The notes beneath the pieces were generated by a model. It was not told the origin of the DNA, did no database searches, and saw only the letters and a program-made list of their open reading frames with translations. From Carcharhinus longimanus (Eukaryota), in the NCBI GenBank assembly GCA_030264375.1, contig JASCQW010000099.1, positions 46,051,067 to 46,115,066 of the forward strand: 64,000 nt of DNA. Reading direction: 5' to 3'. Both the position numbers and the translations under genes were made by a program. Of this stretch, positions 1 through 12,343 are shown piece by piece. Within the stretch, counting starts at the first letter, position 1, and each line of letters begins with the position of its first letter.

Positions 1-56
1 CCAGGTCCCTGGAGCTGTGAAGCAGCAGTGCTAACCACTGTGCTACCATGCCGCCC
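1..56 (-). mobile_element. HE1-type V-SINE, 5' tRNA-derived head, cut by the window edge
   Basis: The reverse complement reads GGGCGGCATGGTAGCACAGTGGTTAGCACTGCTGCTTCACAGCTCCAGGGACCTGG, matching the heads at 25578 and 27605. Confidence 0.9.
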
Positions 57-134
57 AATGGCAGGAAAAGGAATTAGAATGTATATCTCTATTTTAAGAG
101 ACAGCACTGTTATTTTTAAAGATTCTCCGTTGCT

Positions 135-415
135 GATGAGGCCAATATTTATTGCCTATATCTAGTTTCCCTTGAGCGGGCACTTACGAGTCAACCACAT
201 GGCTATGGATCTGCAGTCACATGTTGGCCAGACCAGTTTAGATTGGCAGATTCTTTTCTCACAAGAGCATTTGTGAACCTGATGGGTTTTTCCAATAATC
301 ATTTCATTAAATTTTTAACTTAAGATTTTTATTCAAATTTCAACATCTGCCATGGTGGGATTTGAATCTTGGTCTCCAGAGCACTACCCTGGCAATACCA
401 CAACACCACTGCTTT
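135..415 (-). mobile_element. tRNA-derived SINE, second family (family B), diverged
   Basis: The reverse complement aligns by eye with the copies at 5410, 15067 and 17480 (AAAAACCCATC..GGTTCAC, GTGACT.CAG, ATGTGGTTGACTC). Confidence 0.75.
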
Positions 416-2460
416 CCCTTGATCACTGTCATTGGCTGAATGGTCTGTTTCCGTGCTACAGTTTGTAATATAAAAATCATTACATTCGCCTCTTAAAATT
501 TAAGGTTATATTCTTAAGAGTAAACAAGGAAAAATAGATTTAACATACTACTAAATATTAATTTGATACTGAGGATGACAAAATGCAAAAAATCCAGACT
601 GACAAGTTTTATCCATCATTTCTATGTGCAGATGTAGTTAAGTTATCAAAATCAACATATGGAATGGGATAGCGATTACAGAGTGCTACTTCCGTCAAGC
701 TTGTGAGGTGGGGAATTAATGACGTCAACAGTGGACCAGAGACTGGAGGATAAAGATTATTGTTAAGTCGAGGCTAATGGAGGGATGAGTTGTTGTGAAC
801 AGGAAGGCTGACTGCAGAGCTGAATTGGGACTGCAAAAGGAAGCTCAAAATGGGCCCAACAATAGAGGAGCAGAATGGATGCAGACTAGAGAAGGTGGTT
901 GTAAATTTTAGTATTGAGTTGTTTGTGAGGGGTGGGGAGGCAAGGGTAGGGTTTATAGCTGATGTGACCAGCTACTGTGTTATGAGGGATTCATGAATTT
1001 TGGAACGTCTACCTTCTCGGGAGAAATGTTATGAATAACAATATGGTTTAAATTGTGCTGTATTCAGAAAATACTTTTAAGCTACATAATTAGGATAAAC
1101 AAGCAAAATACTACAGATGAAAACAAATCCTGCCAGAACACAAGTTATATCTATGTGAAGAACAGCCAATATGATATAAAATTTTACAAGAAGAGGCAAA
1201 GAGCAGAGCAGTACAATTAAACAAGGGATTTATATCAAGAGAAGAGGAAGGGTATACCAGAACACTTCTCCCAAAACTTACGTAACCACCAAATTGTGGA
1301 GTCATTGTCGCCTGGAAACTGTTTCTGAAGAAATATTGGTTGCAGACTGTGATTCAAACTGAGAATAAGGAATCTGACTCCATACTGTGGCCACAAGTGG
1401 AGGGTATCACAGCATCCTGCTAGCATAGGAGCATCATAAGCTATTAAGTGAACATATAGACATTCAATGAAATTGTTAAGGTTGTACATAGAATGATAGT
1501 TCATCAATTTATTTTTTTTCCATTGGGATTTATAGCATATAATAATATCAGTTGTTAACTTCACTTACAGCACTTCATTTGTATTTGACATTGATTTTCT
1601 ATGACCCTGCATTTTGAATTAAAACTTATATTAATTATTGAAGAGACTTCTTATTACACATTCATGGAAATGGGAATATCACAACTGGCTGCTTGATATG
1701 TATGCATAGTTTCTCTTCTCTTCATGCTTCCTTTGATTTTTTCCAAACTAAAATGAGTAGAACGCTGATGTGTATAGTTCTGATATCAGAGCTTATGGTT
1801 AAAGGGTGCCCTGAACCTTAACGTTGATTTTTGCACAGTTATTAAGTTGCACTTTCACAGCTTGACATTATAGAATTCATCTTCAATTCATCCTCGTCAA
1901 ATAGGCCATTAATTTTTCTCAGCTGATTATTTTTGCATATATTAATATCACATGTAAAACATTTAAACTCAAAAATCCATTGAATTATTGCAGTTTTGCC
2001 TTCTGTATAGTTCAGGATTGTAATCTTATACTGACGTTAAAAAAAGGTTCAATATTTTAATGTTTTATGCGTTCAGTGTATCACTGACTGGAATGAAGTT
2101 ATGCATCTTTTATTGAATGTAATTTGAAAAGTAATGTGCCTTACCATTTTCAATTTACAAGTTACATTAGTCTTGTTCAAATCTCATGATAACTACCAAA
2201 TCTTAGATCTCGTGATGGCCTCTGGAAATAGTTCCTGATGGAGGTCTGTTCTCTTCCTTAAGTTAGGCTGCTGATGAATGTTGTGTTGTTCAGATGCAAT
2301 TAATTAATACAATAAGATGTCAGAAAGGTAATTAAGCCATTCAACTGTTTAAACTTGCATATAAAATTAAATAAATCTTTTCATTGGCTAGTCAACCACC
2401 ATCCATGATTTTCTACCACTTAAGAAAACTTTTTTCACAGCAGGAGTACAATTGATATTA

Positions 2461-2587
2461 GAGTCAGAATTTTACTGGCCCACCTACTACAGGAATCTAA
2501 GTGGGCACGGGTTGGAGTATGGGAAAATCCATTGACCTCAGGCAGGATTTTACAGTTTTGGGACGAAAGAGGCTGTAAATGTCACCC
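2461..2587. mobile_element. Short MITE, PIF/Harbinger-like
   Basis: Imperfect terminal inverted repeats (GAATTTTAC..GCC / GGC.GTAAA..T). Internal similarity to 33647-33769 and 43111-43269. Confidence 0.5.
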
Positions 2588-2884
2588 TAGGTGTTGCATT
2601 GTCCTTCCAGTGTCTACACTCCCTGATAAAGACCCCATTTTAGATGTGCAGGTAATTGTTGGCTTTTTCAATCCATGAAATTTCTGGCTCAAACTAATAG
2701 TTTTAGTAAACTAAGAACCAGACCTACACATTTGCTCTCCAGATCTTTTCATTATCCAGGAGGTTTCTAGAGATAGGCTGCAGACCCAGTATAAAAATCT
2801 GATCAGTGTAGCAATTTGCTGAAATACAACCTGAAGTATAGATTTGAAATGAGCCCACCTTTTGATTTTCTGAGTCAGCTTTTT

Positions 2885-3330
2885 GTTAAGTGAGGAATAT
2901 GGAGCTGAGGTGACAAATAGAGTTGAGGTGCAGCCCAGCCATAATCTAATTGAATAGTGAATAAGGCTCAAAGGGATGAACAGCATAGTCCTATTTTTAT
3001 GTTCCGAATGTAATGAGACTTCAACACACACTTGAAAAAACAGACAGATTTCCATTGAGTACAGTAATACACTGGACTATTTGTTGTGGCTAAACTAACT
3101 ATGTAATGGAACTCATGTTACATAGTATCGCAATGTATTTACAGTACAGAAATTTGACAGGTCTGTGCCATTTTCTATGCTCCTTCCACATTTTTCCATC
3201 TAACCACATCAATGTACCCTTCATTTCTTATTCCATCATGTGCTTATCCAGCTTTCCCTTGAATGCACCTGTGCTATTCACTTGAACCACCCTCTGGTAG
3301 TGAATTTCACATTCGAACCATTCTTTACAC
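2885..3330. mobile_element. Two decayed CR1/HER1 3'-end fragments in opposite orientation
   Basis: The plus-strand piece has CAGCCATAATCTAATTGAAT..GGCTCAAAGGG and ends in a TATGTTCC tail at about 3005. A minus-strand tail-like piece spans about 3115-3330. Confidence 0.5.
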
Positions 3331-3430
3331 ATGTTCCTTTTGAAATGAACCACAGTGCTTTGCTTGCTTTTTCTTTTAAGCAACCTTATTAACTTGCGTT
3401 GCTACTTTTAGTTGTTTGTGTATCTGTACC

Positions 3431-3752
3431 AGGCACGATAGCACAGTGGTTAGCATTGCTCTTTCATCACGCCAGGGACCTGGGTTCAATTCTGGCCTTG
3501 GGTGAACGTCTGCATGTTCTCCCCGAGTTGTAAGGGTTTTCTCTGGGTGCTCCCGTTTCCTCCCCCAAGCCCAAAGATGTGCAGGTTAGGCGAATTGGAG
3601 TCGGGCTAAATTACCCCTTAGTATCCCAAGATGTGCAGGTTAGCGGATTAGCAGGGTAAATACTTAAGGTTATGGCGATAGGGCTGGAGTAAGGTGGATC
3701 GGTGCAGACTCGATGGGCCAAATGGCCTCCTCCTGTACTAAGGCATGTTATG
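3431..3752 (+). mobile_element. HE1 SINE with HER1-type tail
   Basis: Head GCACAGTGGTTAGC, B-box GGTTCAATTC, V-domain GGGTGCTCCCGTTTCCTCCC and tail GGTGCAGACTCGATGGGCCAAATGGCCTCCT. Confidence 0.9.
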
Positions 3753-4624
3753 AAAATGACCCTTAGATTTCTCTGTTCTCTGTCCTTGTTCTATAATGTT
3801 GTAGCTAGTTTCATGATGTTAAATTGGAACTACTTCCATAGTAATAAAATTAATGGTACAAACACAAGCTCAGACATTCAAATAATAGGCTGGATTTTCT
3901 CTGGGCTGTGATCTCAATTGGCCTCAATTTCTGGTCAGAAAGCCATTCTCTAGGGCCCACAGCAATGTCAGACCAGCAACCCCAGCAAGAGAGATGGACT
4001 CTTTTGAGGCAGGAAGGAAAATGCAAGAGAAGCTCACTGAGAAGATGTCACTCTGTTACTTGCAGAGAAATCAACAAATATAGTGGTCCAAAATTGGCAA
4101 TGCTTTTGTGGTGAATAGGAAACCGCTTTGCAGGGGTAATGACAAATGCAATTGTGACCTTTAATCCCCAAGACCCAACCACTAGGACACGGAGCCAATG
4201 GCTCTGATAGGCACCTGGCTTGCCAATAGCAGGCTGCCTCCAGGGAGCTGATGGCCTCTGCACTTAGAAAGCAGCCACTCCAATGTCAGAAAATCTGGTG
4301 CCATCGCAAAATGGGCCCTACAAGGGGCCTTAATTGTTTGCCTGACTCCATGAACAAGCAGCTAATCCTATTCCAAGCCCATCCCTGAAAAAGCCCCATG
4401 GAGGCGGGAAGAGTCAGGGATCTATCCCATGACCCCATTTCCCCTATTTTCCTGGAACACTCATTCTGCTCCCCCCACCACTGCCCCACAAGAAAATACA
4501 TCTCAGTCTCTTGCGTTTGTTATATTACATGTGTTATTATCTTACTGGCATTGTTAACAGTCAATTGTTACTTATTCTCTTACAAGCTATAAAAAAGAAC
4601 AAATCTCATATACTGAAACAAGAA

Positions 4625-4756
4625 ATGTTGCCAAAACTTTTCATTTTGCACTCATTAGGACAAGTCCAAGAATGCCAAGTTTCAATCACAGCAATTTATA
4701 CTACATTACAAACAATGAAATTTTTGTCCTGATGAGTGCAAGAGGAAAAGCTTCAA
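4625..4756. mobile_element. Penelope-derived inverted-repeat remnant with a degenerate hammerhead-like core
   Basis: Arms 4633-4663 and 4724-4754 are imperfect reverse complements. The right arm reads GTC-CTGATGA-GTGCAAGAG-GAAA-AGCTTC. Confidence 0.6.
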
Positions 4757-5012
4757 AGTAAAAGGTAAAGTTTATCTATTAGTCCCAAATAAGGTTTATA
4801 CTTAACACTGCAATGAAGTTACTGTGAAATTCCCCTAATCACCACAGTCAATGCACCCAACCAGCAGATCTTTCAGAGTGTGGGAAGAAACTGGAGCACC
4901 TGGAGAAAACCCATTCAGACACAGGGAGAATGTGCAAACAGACAGTGACCCAAGCCAGGAATCGAACCCAGGCCCCTGGCACTGTGAAGCAGCTGTGCTA
5001 ATCACTATGTTC
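4757..5012 (-). mobile_element. HE1-like SINE with the alternative 3' tail
   Basis: HE1 head and V-domain on the minus strand, followed by GGGGAATTTCACAGTAACTTCATTGCAGTGTTAAG..ACTAATAGATAAACTTT. Confidence 0.85.
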
Positions 5013-5409
5013 AAGCCCCTTTCTTGATCTCTGCCCACCAATTCCCACCTCTCAATGTTTTATTTTGTCAAGGTGCTTTAGAAATACAGGCGGTTACTGA
5101 ATTAGCCAAAGCTCCTCCCCCCTACCTATATTGTTTTGCTTCTCCCACATGATTGAAACTGGTGATGGATGCGGTTGGGAGGAGTACTGATGGTGTGAAT
5201 TGCAACATGTTATTGGACAGATTTGGTGGACCAGCTGGTTGTTTCCATCAGCACACAGGATGCTATTCACTGCACGCTGGATGGTGTCAGCATGGCTGTG
5301 ATGGAGTGGCTGGAAGCTCAGTGCGTCTTACGACACACAGAAGCCCAAAGCAGGGATGGAGCGAATATTGTTATTCCTTCTCCCTCCATCACTGTTCCTC
5401 CCATTTGCT

Positions 5410-5771
5410 TGGGAAAGAGATGGTCTAGTGGTATTATCACTAACCTATTAATCCAGAAACTCAGCTAATGTTCTGGGGACCCGGTTCGGATCCTGCCCCA
5501 GCAGATGGCAGAATTTGAATTCAATAAAAAATATCTGGAATTAAGAATCTACTGATGACCATGAAAACATTGTCAATTGTCAGAAAAACCCATCTGGTTC
5601 CTAATGTCCTTTAGGGAAGGAAATATACCATCCTTACCTAGTCTGGTCTACGTGTGACTCCAGAGTCACAGCGATGTGGTTGACTCTCATTTGTCCTTGG
5701 GCAGCTAGGGAATGGACAATAAATGCTGGCCAGCCAGCAACACTCATATCCGTGAACTAATATTTTAAAAA
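5410..5771 (+). mobile_element. tRNA-derived SINE family B, near full length
   Basis: A-box TGGTCTAGTGG, B-box GGTTCGGATCC, conserved body and tail GGGCAGCTAGGGAATGGACAATAAATGCTGGCC shared with CR1-like LINE ends. Confidence 0.85.
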
Positions 5772-6374
5772 TGCTTAGCTATTTTGTATGTAGCCTAAGC
5801 CGCACCACGAACGAAATAGCATCAGAACCTTGTCTGACATCTACTCACGTTCAGTTTCAGCAAAACTCACTGGATAATGGACATGGCCATCAATAATGAT
5901 TTTCCTCATCCTCTGGTCATGGGGCTAGTTGTAGCACTCCCTCATCTCCCAGCACAAACTGGAGATTGTGGTTTGGGGCCTTGTATGGCTGCTTTTCAGC
6001 TTATGGGATACAATGGAGCTTACAGCTATCACTCCACGGTTCAGTTTCAAAGCAAATTAACGCCAAAGGTCAGAGCAGTTTATTAAATTGTATACTTTAG
6101 TGTCTTATCAGCAGGCCTGCAAATTGTAAGGACATGTGTTTCAGGCAGTGAAAGGTATATATGAAAATTCAGATAAATCTGTAACAGTGGGGTTATGGCA
6201 ACACAAGTTCAGACTGAAGGACAAAATTTACAATCAGTGTCAGACTTTGAGTGAACACATGACATTTTGTATTGGATAATGGATAAAAGAAAACCCGAAA
6301 CATTGAAGGAACTCAAAACAACACCATTTCAATGTGAATTTCGAAGTAAATCATGGATCATAGAATCCCTTCTG

Positions 6375-6469
6375 GGCACAGTGTTTAGCACTGCTACCTC
6401 AGTGCCAGGGACTCAGGTTTGATTCCCGGCTTAAGTAACTGTGTGGAGTCTGCACCTTCTCCCCATGTC
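6375..6469 (+). mobile_element. HE1 SINE head truncated by an assembly gap
   Basis: GGCACAGTGTTTAGCACTGCTACCTCAGTGCCAGGGAC..GTGTGGAGTCTGCAC. Confidence 0.8.
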
Positions 6470-6569
6470 NNNNNNNNNNNNNNNNNNNNNNNNNNNNNNN
6501 NNNNNNNNNNNNNNNNNNNNNNNNNNNNNNNNNNNNNNNNNNNNNNNNNNNNNNNNNNNNNNNNNNNNN

Positions 6570-6883
6570 TGGAGCGCCCGATTCAGACTTTGATTCCGCA
6601 GGTTTATTTTGGCGCGATTCCAGATCAGTGAACGCGGTGGTAAAGGGGGAAATGCTGATAAAGTTGGGTGGGCAGTTCATTAATTCAATTGAAATACATG
6701 CAAATGCATTTAAATTGCTATTGTGCCCGTTTTGGGCGTGAAGCAGATCACAGCCATTCCCGGGCCTCGGTAAAGTGGCCATCTGCGCGGATGCGGGCCC
6801 AGATCACGTTAATGGCCTCACACCCAACTTTACCACATTTTTGCGTCCGAAAATGACGTGACGTGATGGTACAATAGGGACCC
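6570..6883. mobile_element. CpG-rich non-autonomous DNA element (MITE-like), one end lost in the gap
   Basis: High CpG content against a CpG-depleted background. Internal inverted motif TAAAGTTGGGTG / CACCCAACTTTA. Confidence 0.5.
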
Positions 6884-8199
6884 ATGTCTCTCTTTTCAGC
6901 CATATTCAAATAACGCTGAACATTATTTTGATTCAAAACCTTGGGCAGAATCCAATGGAGTTCCCAGGAGTGGGAAACAAGGTAGGTAGAGGCAATTATA
7001 TGTGTGGGAGGGCAAATATCAGCTTCCCAATGGCAAGGTAAACATTGGGAACTAAGTTGGCAGCAGATCTTGGTTCAGACGGCAAGTGGAGGGAATATAT
7101 AAGCATGTCATGCATATTCGATGAAAGACATGGTTGCCAGATTAAGTTGTACCTTTTTGCTTAAGTTGACAGCAAACAAGGAACACGTGCCTCCAAATTG
7201 ATGACCCATTAAAGATGGCATGTAGCATGCTGGTTAGTCTTGTAGGTGGCTTTGAAGTGATTAAGAGCCTCTTTTCGTGTATGGGAGGCTTTATGCACCA
7301 GGAAGGAGGAAACTGAGATATTTCTATTGAACTCCGACGGCAGGACAGGTCAGAGTATGGTTGTCAAGGGAAGGAGGTCAAGTCATGACAGCCTACAGAA
7401 GGGAGGGAACTGGACAACCAAGAGTTTCTTCTGAAGGCAGCTCAAATGTGATTAAGGGAAGGTCAAGGCTGATTGAGGGCAGCGCAGTGGTGAGACTCAG
7501 AGAATCAGAAGTAACTGAGGGATGAAAGAGGGAGGTCAAAGATGATGGGGTGGAGGACAGAACCAAGCTTCTGGGGGGGGGGTATGGTATTCAATGGTGA
7601 TGAGGTTGTGGGGCAACTTAGGATGAAAGACAGATGAGTGGGGTGATGANNNNNNNNNNNNNNNNNNNNNNNNNNNNNNNNNNNNNNNNNNNNNNNNNNN
7701 NNNNNNNNNNNNNNNNNNNNNNNNNNNNNNNNNNNNNNNNNNNNNNNNNTGATTGGGGTGATGATGGATAGCTTGAGGGTCACAGAAGACAAGACTTGGG
7801 TGATGGAGGGACTATCAAATTGGCTGAGGGGCAGTTTATGGCCTTGGCTCGGAGCTTCAACAGTGGCAGATGGGGAGGAGTTGTTAACAACTAAAGTTCA
7901 AATACCCCTCCCCGATCAGGAAATACAGTGACTCATTTGCAGGGAATGGAAGCCTGTCTGGATGCCATTGAAGTGCCCAAAGTTTGTGCCTTTGACTACT
8001 ATGAAATAACGGTGGGGTCAATGACTTCCTACCTGCTCCCACACGTTTGGCCATGCCCCTCAACAGCTAATTGGCTGACTACTGTGTGATTAGCTCTAGC
8101 CAACTGTCCTGCCTCTGAGAAGAGGTGCTGCTCAGTCCCAGTCCCTCCATCATCACACTTGCTTTTGCAACAAGATTCCACCCTTATCATTTCTAGTGT

Positions 8200-8790
8200 T
8201 TTATAAATGGGGGCATGGAATAAAACAACAAAGAAGTTACGAAACTGTATGAAACATTAATTTGACTTCAACTGGCGTACTGTGTCTAATTCTCAGCACC
8301 ACACTTTAGGAATGATGTGGCAACAAACAAAGGGTGCAGAAAATGTTCATGGGAATGGTTCCAGGAATGAGGAACTTCATTTACAAGGATAGGTTGGAAA
8401 AGCTAGGTTTGCTCTCCTTGGAGTAGTGAAGATTAAAATTTGATAGAGGAGTTTAAAATCATGAAGTCTAGCCAAAGTAGATGGGGAGAAACTGTTCTTC
8501 TTGGTGGAAAGTTCCAGAAGTATAGTAGACCTGTTTAAAGTGATTGGCAGAAGAAGCAAAGATGAGATGAGGATAAATTTTTACATGGAGTGAGCAATTA
8601 GGACCAGGAATGCAATGCTTGGGAGAATAGTGGAGGCAGATTTGAATGACAGCTTCAAAAGAAAATTGGACAATTATCTGAAGAGAAAACAGTTTTCGAA
8701 TGGAACAAGCTAAGTTCCACCTACAAAGAGCTAGCACAGATATGACCAACTGCGTGACCTCCTCCTATGCTGTAACCATTCTGTGACATT
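8200..8790 (+). mobile_element. CR1/HER1 LINE 3' fragment (RT C-terminus and 3' UTR), decayed
   Basis: Degenerate LYxTLxxxQLxYCV..APHFRxDV..RLEKLGL motifs and a terminal CCTCCTATGCTGTAACCATTCTGTGA. Confidence 0.8.
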
Positions 8791-9069
8791 ATGAGAATAC
8801 ATTTTCAATCTCAGAAAATGAAAAATTAATGTTTTTAAGATGCACTCAATCCATCAATTTCTAGATGAGCTATTCCAGGGAATTGACATGCAGTGCTTAA
8901 TTCTACATCCAAAACATCAAAAATTAACAGAAGTGCCTTGTTTTTGAGTGAACTGCTCTACATCACAGCTACAGATAAACTATACAGTGATGAGCCTTAA
9001 TGTGCAGTTGCTAAACATTGGCAGTCGTGAAACTGAAGTATTGCACATGAAGTGTGATTCGCTTTTTAA

Positions 9070-10070
9070 ATTCTTTCATGGGATATCAGCATCATTATCA
9101 AGGCCAGCATATGTTGGCCATCCCTGTTGGCCTTGAGAAGTGGTGGTGAGCTTTCTTCTTGATAAGCCACCATCTATGTGACATAGAACCATAGTGCTGT
9201 TAGGGAGGAGTTTTCAGCATTTTGACAGTGAAGGAACAGCAGTACAATTCTAAGTCAGGATGATGTTTTGAGGGGTATTTGCAGTTGGTGGTGTTTTGAT
9301 GTATCTGCTGCTCTTGTTCTTCTAGGAGTTAGAGATTGTGGGTTTGGAAGGTGCTGTCAAAGGACGCTTGATGAGTTGCTTAAGTGTATCTTGTATGTGG
9401 TACACAATGCTGCCACTGGGTGTTGATGACATAGGGACTGAGCTTCTAAAATGGTGGATGAGGTCCTAATCAAGTGGGCTGCTTTGTCTTCAATGCTGAC
9501 TAGTTTCTTGAATATTGTTGGAGCTGCACTCATCCAGGCAACTGAAGAGTATTCCATCATACTCCTGACTTGTGCCTTGCAGATTGTGGAAAGCTTTAAG
9601 AACTCAGAAATTAAGTTACTCATTGCAGAATTCTCACCTTCTTGTTGTCACAGTATTTAGCTGGCTGATTGTGTTAAATTTCTGATCAATGGTAACCTCT
9701 GGATGCTGATGGTGAGGAATTCAGCAACGTTGATGCCATTGAATGTCATGGAAAGATGATTGGATTCTCTGTTGTTAGAAATGGTTATTGCCTGGCATTT
9801 CCATGGTATACAAGTTACTCAGCCCTTATCAGACCAAGTTTGAATGTTGCCCAGGCCTTGTTGCATCTGAACATGGAATTCTTCAGTATCCAAGGAGTCA
9901 CACATGGCACTGAACACTACAATTATCTGCAAATTTCCCCACTTCTGACCTTATGATACAAAGCAAGTCATTAATGAAGTAGCTGAAGATGGATAGGCCG
10001 AGTGCATTGCTGTGAAGAACTCTTGCAGTGATGACCTGAAGTGAGATGATTGACTTTCAACAACTATAAT
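9070..10070 (-). mobile_element. CR1-like LINE ORF2 3' fragment; probable partner LINE of SINE family B
   Basis: ORF 9357-9623 reads LSTICKAQVRSMMEYSSVAWMSAAPT..KKL..IEDKAAHLI, a typical RT C-terminal motif. The 3' end matches the family B SINE tail. Confidence 0.85.
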
Positions 10071-11904
10071 ATTAGACAATCTAAAAATGTAATCTTCCAT
10101 TTAGGTAAAAATATAATAGTTGTTGCCATTACAGTAATTAGAGTACCCATATTCTTATTAAACTGAGTAAAATAATCAACTTTATAATTTTAAATGATTC
10201 ACATGCAATTAAACATTTTGTGGAGTATTTATAAATTTGGCTTTTAAACTCGAGGTTCATTGAAAGTAATTAACATAATTAATAGTTCTAAATGCATAAT
10301 TTTGGTTGGCTTCATATTTGATAAATAATAAGACACAAAATATGAACTTGATTAGACACATAAGATAGGAAATGTGTATTTCAGGGCAGTCTGTGCTATG
10401 AGTAGTCCCCATGTCTCAGTAATTCATGTTGTGTTAGTCTTAAACCCATAATATTTCATTGCAAAGTTACATAGTGTACTTTTAAAAACTATTGAATCAT
10501 CTCTGATACCATTTTAAAATTTCAAAGGTTACTCTGGTTGCCCCGTTAGCACAGTTATCAGGTAGACTCATGCAGGGAAGATTTCCTCTCTTTGCCTTGT
10601 GTTGTGTTTATAACTTGACTACATCACACACAAAGTAAACCTTCCTGAATATTTTAATACAACGACCATGGCAAGCAAAGTGACGGAGGGGGGGGAGGGG
10701 GTGGTGTGGTCTGTCATCATTTGAGGGTTGTGTGTGTATATTTGTGAACTACTTAACAATGTTAAACTCGTAATTGCCTGTAGCTTCAGAGGATGCTGAA
10801 TCAGAGCTCAAGCTAAGGATTTCAATTTTTATTGCTTTATAAAATTTCTATTTAAGCTGTATCTATGCTAAATAGATAACTTTGTCATTTACAGTGGGAG
10901 TATTATTACAGAACAGATGAAAGAAGATTAACTGTAAGGACAGGTGTATTTGAATGTTAATGTTTCTCTGGGCTAATTCTAATATTAATCAAGGAGTCAT
11001 TCAAACCTTGGCTAGGGCTCAGCAAGTTCAGATTGATTTGCATTTTAAACTTAGGTGAGCGGGTGGAATTTAACCTAGGACATTGTTTCTATTAAATGCT
11101 TTTATTATGATGCAAAACGGGGAAACAAAGCCAAAATGAGCAAGAGATGCTTCTAAATTTAGGCGTGGAGAAATTGTGTCATCATCAATAGAGTATAATT
11201 TGGAATATTATTAGAATAATTTGCTTTACAATTCTAACCTAATTTGCGTATCAGAAAATTGTAATGCAGCATATAATTTTTGTATGGACTAATCAGTGTT
11301 GGCAGGGTACACTGCAGCTGTGGAAGAGTGCCTCTTTATTTATTGATGAAAATCTCAAGGGAGAAATGGGTCCAGAATAAGCAAACCTTTTGATTGGATC
11401 CAATATTTTAAAAGATTAAGTTACATATGATGTATAAGAATCTGAAGCTATAAAGATAATTAGGAGTGTTGTTTGCAAGCCTCCAATGAGAAAGAGGCCT
11501 CATTTGTCAAAAAAGTACATCTCAAATCCAATATAGAAAATTTACAGTGTAATTTGGCCACAAATCTAATTGCTGAACGGACAAGGCAAAGCTATCATTA
11601 TACTGCCAAACCTAAAGGCTGTAATGCATTCTTCTTATAATAGATTCCTCGTTGTCATACATGTGCAATAGTCCAATCTTTCAAATGTGATACCAAAAAC
11701 CTTGAACTTTAAGTATCTCCCCTAAAGGCAGTACGTTTATATTTCGTCATAATCTTGCTGTGTACATTTTCAATTAAAAAGAATAATTAATTAATTAAGC
11801 TAGAATTGTTATTACAATTAACATCAGTAATATATCCTTATGAACATTCAAAATTACTGGCCAGGAATAAACTAGATGGTTCTCCAAGTCCACCTCACTC
11901 TATA

Positions 11905-12090
11905 GTACAAAATCAAAATACTGCAGATAATGGAAATCCAAAATAAAACAGAAAATGACTCAACAGATCAAGCAGCATCTGTGAGAAGAAAAATAGAGTT
12001 TCAGGTCAACGTGCTTCTGATGAAAAGTCAGACCTGATTTATCTTCACCGATGCTGCCACACTTACCGAGTGTTTTCTGTTTTGATCCCA
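11905..12090. mobile_element. Penelope-derived fold-back remnant
   Basis: Inverted arms AAAACAGAAAA..GCAGCATC / GATGCTGC..TTTTCTGTTTT, with CTGATGA at 12017-12023 near the centre. Confidence 0.6.
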
Positions 12091-12343
12091 AATCATGATG
12101 ACAGGACTTAATTCAGATAACTGTACTTTGCATAACAATGCATTTTGATTGGATCAACAGAGAATAAAGAAATCATTTCTAGGCAACAGTTCTGAAAGAA
12201 ATGAGAGAGCAAAAGATGTTGGTGTTTTGTGTGCCAGTCATTAAAAGTTTGTGACCAATGCTGAGAAACTTTAACTAAACCTAACAGGGTATTGGGATAT
12301 ATTGATAGAACCATTCAGCACACGATGTTGAGAAGTGGAAAAG

